In this document: positions 7,304 through 14,473 of the stretch, piece after piece
Numbering within the stretch: position 1 is the stretch's first letter
How the letters are laid out: each line of letters starts with the position of its first letter
Source of the DNA: an uncultured Candidatus Saccharibacteria bacterium
Lineage (GTDB): Bacteria > Patescibacteriota > Minisyncoccia > Phycocordibacterales > PALSA-1337
Assembly (NCBI GenBank): GCA_964619985.1
Contig: CAZUII010000002.1
Span: 1-30,285 of the forward strand
Direction: 5' to 3'
Length of the DNA stretch: 30,285 nucleotides
The notes under the pieces: model-generated
Told to the model about the DNA's origin: nothing
Seen by the model: the letters and a program-made list of their open reading frames with translations, nothing else
Database searches by the model: none
Translations under genes and position numbers: made by a program

Positions 7304-8860
7304 TTATATTTTTTCGACAGTCTGAACGGCTTCGATACGATCGCCTGGGGCAACTTCTACCTTTGCCTCGAGCATCATGCCAAATTCGAATCCTTCGCGT
7401 ACTTCAGATGTAGTTTTCTTGGCCTGCTGGAGTCCGCGGATCTTGCCGCGGCCGATCTCCGCTTCGCGGCGCATAATTCTGACATCATTGCCGCTCCCGA
7501 TCGTGCCGGTTTCAACTTTTCCTCCAACAACCTGCTTGTCCTTGTCCTTTGAGAAGACAGCCAAGAGCTTGGCACGCCCGGTCATTTCTTCTACATATTG
7601 CTTTGGGATTTTGGCAGTCAGAGCATCTTTCACGTACTGAGTCAGTTCGTAGATAATGTCGAAATTTTTGACCGACAGAGGGATGGCAGAACGCTCGATC
7701 ATGTCAACCGCTTTCTTTTCAGGAGTGGCATTAAAGCCAAGAATGAGAATCGTCGGATCCCCGAGCGCGGTCTTCACATCGGTTTCGTTGATGTCGCCAA
7801 TGCCTTCAGATACGATCTTGAGTTGAACGCGGTCATGCGTAATTTTTGCAAGCTCATGCTTTACACCATCGAGACTGCCGATAACATCCGCTTTGATAAT
7901 GATAGGAACGGTGATTATTTGCGGCGCATCTTCTGATGAAGTGTCTGAACCGGTTTTTGGAGCCGCCTTTGTGGCTGCTTGGTGCTTTGTGTTTCGCGCT
8001 TGGCTTTCATACGCTTCTGCCATCTTTTCGGCTTCTTTTTTATTTTTCACTGTCACAAAATCAATACCACAGGCCGGCATGGTATTCCAACCAAAGATAC
8101 GTACAGGCATTGAGGCCGTAGCTGTTTCTATTTTCTCTCCTTTGAAGTTTTCAATGAAGCGAACGGGGACATAGGCATTTCCTGCGACGACGCATGAGCC
8201 GATGCGCACTGCGCCGTTCTTGATAAGTAATGTGGCGGAAATCCCTTTCCGAGTGTCAAGGGCCGATTCGATGACATTGCCTGTGGCCGGAACATTCGTA
8301 TCTGCTTTGAGGTCCGCCAACCCTGCCATGAGGATGATCATGTCAAGCAGTTCCGGAATGCCCGCGCCACTCACCGCCGAAACCTCGACGCAAGGAACAT
8401 CGCCACCCCATCCTTCGACATAGATTTCATTTTCTCCTAGGCTTTGCTTGGCTTTTTCGACGTTGGCATTTGGCTTGTCTATTTTGGTAATGGCAACGAC
8501 GTACGGTATTTTCGAAGCTTTGATGACGTTATATGCCTCAACAGTCTGTGGTTTGACGCCGTCTTCGGCAGAGACAGCCAGGATGGCAATATCGGCGGCT
8601 TGCGCACCGCGCTCGCGGATACCACAGAATGCCTCGTGACCGGGGGTGTCCAAGAAGGTCAGGGTGGTCTTAACGCCATCAGGGGAAACATGCTCAACTT
8701 GGTAGGCACCCATGTGTTGTGTAATGCCACCTGCCTCGCCGGCTACCACATTTGCTTTGCGGATATAGTCGAGGAGCGTTGATTTGCCATGGTCAATATG
8801 CCCCATCACCACGATGACAGGGGGGCGTACAATCAGGTTGTTCTGATCTTTGGTAGGCAT
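7304..8860 (-). CDS. infB: Translation initiation factor IF-2 (short form lacking the N-terminal domain)
   Basis: RPPVIVVMGHIDHGKSTLLD, GGITQH, FLDTPGHEAF, IIKADVIGSL. Confidence 0.97.
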   Translation of the reverse strand: MPTKDQNNLIVRPPVIVVMGHIDHGKSTLLDYIRKANVVAGEAGGITQHMGAYQVEHVSPDGVKTTLTFLDTPGHEAFCGIRERGAQAADIAILAVSAEDGVKPQTVEAYNVIKASKIPYVVAITKIDKPNANVEKAKQSLGENEIYVEGWGGDVPCVEVSAVSGAGIPELLDMIILMAGLADLKADTNVPATGNVIESALDTRKGISATLLIKNGAVRIGSCVVAGNAYVPVRFIENFKGEKIETATASMPVRIFGWNTMPACGIDFVTVKNKKEAEKMAEAYESQARNTKHQAATKAAPKTGSDTSSEDAPQIITVPIIIKADVIGSLDGVKHELAKITHDRVQLKIVSEGIGDINETDVKTALGDPTILILGFNATPEKKAVDMIERSAIPLSVKNFDIIYELTQYVKDALTAKIPKQYVEEMTGRAKLLAVFSKDKDKQVVGGKVETGTIGSGNDVRIMRREAEIGRGKIRGLQQAKKTTSEVREGFEFGMMLEAKVEVAPGDRIEAVQTVEKI

Positions 8861-8943
8861 GGTAGTGATTCCGGCCAGAATACGCTAGAGAATTAGAGTG
8901 TAGCAGAAATTGTCCAAGTAGGCTATTATTGGGTTTCAACGAT

Positions 8944-9630
8944 ATGAAACTCTACTTTTTGCCGCCGCTGTTCCTTCAAAAATGTATCTGGATACCATGC
9001 CGCCTTATATTTCAATTTTTTGCCCATCTCAAGGTTGAGGGTCTCGAAAACCTTGCCGGCCTCGATACCAATGTCATATTCGCCACCAACCACGCCAGCG
9101 AACTCGATCCCTTCCTCGTGCCTACAGCCTTGCCATTCTGGTCCCGGTTTTCGCCCTTGTTTTATATAACCCGTGAGAAGTCGTTTTATGACACCAACGG
9201 CTGGCGAAAGCACCTCTTTGGGGGTCTTTTTATCAATGCCTGGGGAGGATATGGCGCCAAAGTCGGTCTCAATGATTACAAAAAATCCTTGATACCGCAC
9301 ATGGAAATCGTCGATGATGGGGGTAGTTTCTGCATCTTTCCCGAGGGACGCCGCAGTCCCGATGGCACCATTCAACCGGCAAAAGGAGGTGTCGCCTATC
9401 TTGCCGAATATGCTGGTGTTCCTATTGTCCCCGTCGGCTTTTCAGGCACCTTCCATACCCCCGTAAAGGATTTTTTTCTCCGCCGCCGCCACATCACCGT
9501 GCGTTTTGGCCGGCCGATTCACCAGGCGGAGCTGCTCGCATCTGTTTCCCGTTCGACCACGTTCGGTGGCAATGTCTACAAGGAGGAGGCCGCCTATGTT
9601 ATGGGAAGGGTTGGTGAGTTGTTGGATTAA
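8944..9630 (+). CDS. Lysophospholipid acyltransferase family protein (PlsC-like)
   Basis: NHASELD (NHx4D) and IFPEGRRS motifs, PIVPVG. ATG at 8944, or TTG at 8929. Confidence 0.88.
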   Translation: MKLYFLPPLFLQKCIWIPCRLIFQFFAHLKVEGLENLAGLDTNVIFATNHASELDPFLVPTALPFWSRFSPLFYITREKSFYDTNGWRKHLFGGLFINAWGGYGAKVGLNDYKKSLIPHMEIVDDGGSFCIFPEGRRSPDGTIQPAKGGVAYLAEYAGVPIVPVGFSGTFHTPVKDFFLRRRHITVRFGRPIHQAELLASVSRSTTFGGNVYKEEAAYVMGRVGELLD

Positions 9631-9661
9631 AATCTTTTATCAGCGAGTTGCCTGCCTGCGC

Positions 9662-10663
9662 TTATCGTTCGTTTACCGTCGAATCGGTTATCTTTGTGTG
9701 GGCCGAATTCTCAATGCGGTCGGCATATGCCTTTTTAAGTTCGTTGGAGAGTTTATCTATTTGTTCCTGCTGCTTGATCTCGTTCAGCGTACTGCGAATG
9801 AGGAGGATGCCGAAAATGACGCTTGTCGCAAGAACGGCAATTCGGATGGCCAAATCCTCATGCGTCTTTGCGGTAAATATCTGAAACACCAGCGTCACCC
9901 ACAGTATAAATATGACCACTTCGATTGCGATAACCCGTATGTTGAATAGCCGGTGTTTTGTGATTGAGTAGGCGACGAATAGTAGGAAGATGAGGAAGCC
10001 GACATTGTCTGTCCCGCCAAAGGGCAAAATTGAAAAAAATGGTAAAATAAAACTACTAAAACAAGTTACTAAAAGTGTAATTGATGCCCCGTGCTGAATG
10101 TTCCGAAATTGTTTACTTTGCTCCTCATTTGATGCTGTAATTTTAGCTTTATGAAGTTTCCATATTATTAAAAATGCAGTAACTAGATAATATATTCCAT
10201 ATGGTATTAGTCCCCACCCCGGCTCCCCAAATGCCATGGATCCAGCTGCAGATTTATTATAGGAGATAAAAATAAAATTTTGTAAGTACGATCCTATGCA
10301 AAATAATAAGGTAACTATAGCCAGTAACAAGTACTTACTTTTACTGACCTTACTTTTTGTTATAAACAAGGTCCATACTAATCCCATTGATATTACAAGG
10401 GCACCAAGCGCATAAGAAGTTTGAAGCCAAGCTGAGGAGATGACGGTGTCATCCATGTAATTTGCGAATGCCCACAAAGCAGCAACAAAACTCATTATTG
10501 AAAAGACTCTGTGGTTTGCTGACTTAATGTTTTGGCTTAACACAAAAAGCCCTAATAAAAGGTTAAGACAAATCACCGCGACCTGTATTATTTGGACTAT
10601 GATAGTAAAATAATAACACGTAATTACTTGCAAATCCCCATAAATTTCTTGACCTACTAACAA
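9662..10663 (-). CDS. Multi-TM sensor-like protein (HisKA_7TM-type N-terminus) with a coiled coil but no kinase domain; start uncertain
   Basis: Aligns by eye with aa 1-295 of the 11918..13522 kinase (NLLLGLFV/NFSLSLFV, GWGLIPY/GWGLVPY, FVAYSITKH in both) and stops before the H-box. No ATG at the aligned start. Confidence 0.8.
   Translation of the reverse strand: MLVGQEIYGDLQVITCYYFTIIVQIIQVAVICLNLLLGLFVLSQNIKSANHRVFSIMSFVAALWAFANYMDDTVISSAWLQTSYALGALVISMGLVWTLFITKSKVSKSKYLLLAIVTLLFCIGSYLQNFIFISYNKSAAGSMAFGEPGWGLIPYGIYYLVTAFLIIWKLHKAKITASNEEQSKQFRNIQHGASITLLVTCFSSFILPFFSILPFGGTDNVGFLIFLLFVAYSITKHRLFNIRVIAIEVVIFILWVTLVFQIFTAKTHEDLAIRIAVLATSVIFGILLIRSTLNEIKQQEQIDKLSNELKKAYADRIENSAHTKITDSTVNER
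9957..9973 (-). repeat. Left copy of a 17-bp inverted repeat (partner at 12545..12561)
   Basis: Minus strand GCCTACTCAATCACAAA, codons A-Y-S-I-T-K. Confidence 0.85.
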
Positions 10664-10681
10664 TAGTACAATTATATTATG

Positions 10682-10690
10682 TGGTATAAT
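10682..10690 (+). promoter_or_regulatory. Extended -10 promoter for the AONS-like enzyme / kinase operon
   Basis: TGGTATAAT, 24 nt upstream of the ATG at 10715, in the divergent AT-rich spacer. Confidence 0.6.
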
Positions 10691-10714
10691 TGATGCGTAA
10701 TAATCTATACATTT

Positions 10715-11917
10715 ATGAAAAGAATTAATGAGATAATGTCATATATTGATGAGCATGCTCTCTATCCAGATTTGAGGATTGTCGAAGGTCCTCAAGATCC
10801 TGAAGTAACAGTAGATGGAAAAAAAGTTGTGATGTTTTGTTCTAATAACTATTTAGGACTGTCTACACACCCTGATTTAATCAAGGCGGCTTGTGATGCT
10901 ACTAGAAAGTATGGTGTAGGTTCAGGCGGTTCTCGTCTGTTGTCTGGTAATTTAGATATCCATAAAAAATTTGAGACTGCCATAGCGGAATTTGAAGGAG
11001 GAGAGGATGCTATTTCATGGGCTACTGGTTACGCAGCAAATTTGGGTTTGATTAGTGCAATAATGAATCCGTTAAAAGTGCGTCCAAGAGATTTTTTTAC
11101 TATTGATGGTGTAATATTTAGTGACGAACTCAATCACGCCAGCATTGTTGATGGTATTCGTCTAAGTAAACAAAAAAAGGTAGTTTACAATCATCGTGAT
11201 GTAAAAGATTTAGAGTATAAACTCAGGAAGCACCCTTTACGAAGAAAACTGGTTGTGACTGATAGTGTTTTTAGTATGGATGGTGATATAGCTCCTTTAG
11301 ATAAAATAGTTCCACTATGTAAAAAATATGGAGCCATGCTGTTGGTCGATGATGCTCATGCTACAGGCGTTCTCGGAAATAACGGACACGGTTCATTAGA
11401 GTACTTTAACCTCAAACTTGGAAGAGATGTGGATGTGATCATGGGTACGTGCAGTAAATCGCTTACATCTACTGGTGGTTTTGCTGTTGGAAATAAAAAC
11501 CTGATTTCGTACTTGAGAATAGCAAGTCGTTCTTATATGTTTTCGGCAGCCATGACTCCAGCTACGGCCGCGATTCTTATTAAGGCACTAGAGCTAATGA
11601 AGAATGAGCCAGAACGACATAAACAACTAGTAAAAAATGCGGAATATTTACGATTTGGACTACAACAAGCAGGGTTCAATACACTATCTAGTCAAACGCA
11701 AATTATACCAATACTCATTGGTACTGATGAAAATGCAATTAGATTTAGCCGTAATCTTTTTGAAAAGAATATTTATGCTCCCGCAGTTCGTTGGCCGGCT
11801 GTCGAAAAAGGAAAGGCGAGAATTCGTTTTGCCTTGATGGCATCTCACAAAAAAGAACATCTCGATGCTCTCATAAAGGCTTGTATAGAGGTCGGAAAAT
11901 CATTAAATATAGTCTAA
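10715..11917 (+). CDS. AONS / alpha-oxoamine synthase family PLP enzyme (BioF/Kbl/SPT/CqsA superfamily); substrate unknown
   Basis: SNNYLGL, GSGGSRLLSGN, SDELNHASIVDG, DSVFSMDGD, VDDAHATG, GTCSKSL (PLP lysine), ARIRF. Confidence 0.92.
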   Translation: MKRINEIMSYIDEHALYPDLRIVEGPQDPEVTVDGKKVVMFCSNNYLGLSTHPDLIKAACDATRKYGVGSGGSRLLSGNLDIHKKFETAIAEFEGGEDAISWATGYAANLGLISAIMNPLKVRPRDFFTIDGVIFSDELNHASIVDGIRLSKQKKVVYNHRDVKDLEYKLRKHPLRRKLVVTDSVFSMDGDIAPLDKIVPLCKKYGAMLLVDDAHATGVLGNNGHGSLEYFNLKLGRDVDVIMGTCSKSLTSTGGFAVGNKNLISYLRIASRSYMFSAAMTPATAAILIKALELMKNEPERHKQLVKNAEYLRFGLQQAGFNTLSSQTQIIPILIGTDENAIRFSRNLFEKNIYAPAVRWPAVEKGKARIRFALMASHKKEHLDALIKACIEVGKSLNIV

Positions 11918-13522
11918 ATGGCGGTTACACTTATTTGGGCAATTGTCGCTTTACTTAACTTTTCGTTAAGTTTGTTTGTTATAACTCAGAATTACAGGTC
12001 CATGAGTAACAGGTTTTTTGCTCTTCTAAGTTTTCTTGGAGGTATTTGGACTTTCACGAATTACATGACAGGGGTTCAGCCGACTCCTTTTTGGTCTGAA
12101 AGTACTTATGCCTTTGGAGGTTCGCTGGTTGCTGTTGGATTGATCTGGACATTAGTCATTACAAATAAAAAATTTGATAAAAGAAAAACAAGGCTGATTA
12201 TTTTTATTGCAACTGTATTCTTCTTCGGTTCATATATCCCAGGATTTATTGCAGACCCTTTTGTTCGAGTATATTTGGGCGGGTTTGAAGGTGTTCCTGG
12301 TTGGGGGTTAGTCCCGTACACAATTTTCTACTTACTTGGAGCAGTGTCTATCTTATTTAAGTTGTTTATGGCTTATAAGAAATCTACTGAATTGGATAAA
12401 AAGTCACAATTTTTATTTGTATTTTACGGAGCACTTGTTACACTTTTTATAACTGCATTTGCCAGTTTCATTTTGCCATCTTTTTCTATCTTTGCGTTTA
12501 GTGGTGTAGATTGTATAGGTTTTTTATTCTTTCTATCATTTGTTGCCTACTCAATCACAAAGCATCACCTTTTCAATATTAAAGTATTAACCACTGAATT
12601 AATTACTTTTGTACTTTGGATTTTTATACTCGTGCGCACTGTCATTGCTGATAATACGCAAGACATGATTATAGAAGGCGTTCTTTTTATACTTACTGTT
12701 ATTTTTGGAATTATTCTTATAAAAAGTGTTATTCGAGAAGTCTCCCAGCGTGAAAAAATCCAACTCCTTGCCACTGACCTTCAGAAGGCCAATGAACGCC
12801 TCACCGAATTGGATCGGCAGAAGTCGGAGTTTGTTTCGTTCGCCACGCACCAGCTTCGCGCGCCGCTGACGGCCATGAAGGGATACGCTTCGCTTGTTTT
12901 AGAGGGCGATATGGGCAAGATTACCGGCGAAACCAAAGAGGCGGTGGGGCGCATATTCGAGTCGACGAACACGCTGACAAGCATCGTGGATGATTATTTG
13001 AATGTGACACGTATCGAATTGGGTACCATGAAATACGCTTTTGAGACCATCGATCTTAAGTCGCTGGTCGAAGATGTCATAGCCGAGCTCAAACCGAACA
13101 TAGACAAGGCAACCAAGGTCAAGTTCTTGTTTGGTGCGGAGAACGCGGGCACGGATTATCGCATCACCGCCGATCGCGACAAGCTCAAGCAAGTTATTGC
13201 CAACCTCATAGACAACTCGCTCAAATATACGCCGAAGGGATCGGTGGGCGTCTCGCTGTCGTTCAACCGGGCAAAACACAAGTTCGTCTTCATGCTCAAA
13301 GATACTGGTATCGGTATTGCGCCGGAGACACTGCCGCTGTTGTTCAACAAATTCACGCGCGCAGGCAATGCAAATAAGACCAATATTAAAGGCACAGGTC
13401 TCGGACTGTTCGTGGCAAAAGAAATCGTAACTGCGCATCACGGCACCATCCGCGCAGAGTCGGAAGGGGAAGGCAAGGGTTCGACGTTTATCGTGGAGTT
13501 TGAGCCGTTTGCGAAGGCGTAG
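11918..13522 (+). CDS. Membrane sensor histidine kinase (multi-TM N-terminus + HisKA + HATPase_c)
   Basis: H-box ATHQLRAPL, N-box NLIDNSLKYT, DTGIGI, GTGLGL, GKGSTF. ATG directly abuts the upstream TAA. Confidence 0.95.
   Translation: MAVTLIWAIVALLNFSLSLFVITQNYRSMSNRFFALLSFLGGIWTFTNYMTGVQPTPFWSESTYAFGGSLVAVGLIWTLVITNKKFDKRKTRLIIFIATVFFFGSYIPGFIADPFVRVYLGGFEGVPGWGLVPYTIFYLLGAVSILFKLFMAYKKSTELDKKSQFLFVFYGALVTLFITAFASFILPSFSIFAFSGVDCIGFLFFLSFVAYSITKHHLFNIKVLTTELITFVLWIFILVRTVIADNTQDMIIEGVLFILTVIFGIILIKSVIREVSQREKIQLLATDLQKANERLTELDRQKSEFVSFATHQLRAPLTAMKGYASLVLEGDMGKITGETKEAVGRIFESTNTLTSIVDDYLNVTRIELGTMKYAFETIDLKSLVEDVIAELKPNIDKATKVKFLFGAENAGTDYRITADRDKLKQVIANLIDNSLKYTPKGSVGVSLSFNRAKHKFVFMLKDTGIGIAPETLPLLFNKFTRAGNANKTNIKGTGLGLFVAKEIVTAHHGTIRAESEGEGKGSTFIVEFEPFAKA
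12545..12561 (+). repeat. Right copy of the 17-bp inverted repeat (partner at 9957..9973)
   Basis: GCCTACTCAATCACAAA in the same codon phase as the left copy. Confidence 0.85.
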
Positions 13523-13548
13523 GGAAAATTAAAAAATGCCCGGAGAAT

Positions 13549-13582
13549 AAAAAGCGGAGCAGTACACAGAAGTGTCTGCTCC
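13549..13582 (-). terminator. Intrinsic terminator for the 67-aa ORF
   Basis: GGAGCAG-ACAC / GTGT-(bulge)-CTGCTCC stem followed by GCTTTTT on the minus strand. Confidence 0.65.
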
Positions 13583-13592
13583 ATTGCTTTGG

Positions 13593-13796
13593 TCAATCGT
13601 CGAGGTCGCCATTGGGCAGTGCTGCCCCAGCACCCCAAGCAGCTCTCAAGGGCTTCCGATTTTTCTTGCGCTCTTGAGATTTCGGTTGAACTGCTTTTGT
13701 CAAAGGCGCCTCCGTTGTTTGTGGCAAATCAATTGCCACACCATTTGCGGCCGCCCTCATAAGGGCGAACCATGTCCCAGCTTTTTCTGTGGTCAT
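13593..13796 (-). CDS. Hypothetical 67-aa protein in its own transcription unit
   Basis: Near-consensus promoter upstream, GAGG 4 nt before the ATG, terminator 10 nt after the stop. Confidence 0.65.
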   Translation of the reverse strand: MTTEKAGTWFALMRAAANGVAIDLPQTTEAPLTKAVQPKSQERKKNRKPLRAAWGAGAALPNGDLDD

Positions 13797-13849
13797 GTGC
13801 CCTCATTGGTTAATGTGTTATGTCCACAACGGACTACACTTCGGATGAT

Positions 13850-13878
13850 ATTATATCACCCCCCAACCCAAAAGTCAA
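13850..13878 (-). promoter_or_regulatory. Near-consensus sigma70 promoter
   Basis: Minus strand TTGACT (13878-13873), 17-nt spacer, TATAAT (13855-13850), with TG extended -10. Confidence 0.85.
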
Positions 13879-13892
13879 TAGCACTTCGAGAC

Positions 13893-13920
13893 AAAAAATA
13901 GCTCAATCTTGAGCCATTTT
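13893..13920 (-). terminator. Probable terminator of the lepB / HisRS-like / yqeY run
   Basis: Minus strand GGCTCA-AGAT-TGAGCT followed by ATTTTTT. Confidence 0.55.
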
Positions 13921-13963
13921 CCGCGAAAATTATCCCCAAATTATCCCCATAAAAAGGGAGGCT

Positions 13964-14422
13964 TTATTTCAACAACTCATCAACCACCGCTTTCACATCC
14001 GCACCATCGGCCTTGCCGGCCAGCTCTTTCATGATCATGCCGGTGATCCTGCCTCCAGCTTTTGGGTCAAAAGTGCCTGCGGATTTGAGCGCTTCAATGC
14101 GCTGACTCGCAATAATCTTGATTTCCTCACGGTTCATCAAGGTCGGCAGAAAAGAATTGAGAATGACAAGTTCGGCTTTTTCTTTGTCTGCCAGATCAGT
14201 GCGGCCGCCTTTTTCAAATTGTTCAATAGAATCTTTGCGCTGCTTGGCACTGCGTTTCACCAGAGCGAGCACTTTGTCATCCGGCAACAATTCCGTAGTC
14301 GAACCTGCGGCAATGATTTCATTCAAGCACAGCGCATTGAGGCCGCGCAGTACCTCGAGACGGATGGTGTCCTTTGCGCGGAGCGCGTCTTTGATGCCTT
14401 CTTTGATAGTGTGATGGAGCAT
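13964..14422 (-). CDS. yqeY: GatB/YqeY domain protein
   Basis: IKDALRAKD...KQRKDSIEQFEKGGRTDLADKEKAEL...MGxIM-like tail, ADGADVKAVV. ATG at 14422 preferred. Confidence 0.92.
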   Translation of the reverse strand: MLHHTIKEGIKDALRAKDTIRLEVLRGLNALCLNEIIAAGSTTELLPDDKVLALVKRSAKQRKDSIEQFEKGGRTDLADKEKAELVILNSFLPTLMNREEIKIIASQRIEALKSAGTFDPKAGGRITGMIMKELAGKADGADVKAVVDELLK

Positions 14423-14473
14423 GCGGTTGGTATAGGCTAATAAAATGCTGATAGGTACGGTGCGCAAGGATTG

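Noticed and set aside
7304-8860. Short IF2 as a truncation or pseudogene
   Set aside because: All G-domain and C-terminal motifs are intact; loss of the N-terminal domain is common in reduced genomes.
8880-8905. Possible heptamer array upstream of infB (CTAGAGA ATTAGAG TGTAGCA)
   Set aside because: Only two or three weakly matching units; could be chance.
10715-11917. Assigning the symbol bioF, kbl or cqsA
   Set aside because: The motifs identify only the AONS family. No biotin or threonine-degradation partners are in the window, and substrate cannot be read from the sequence by eye.
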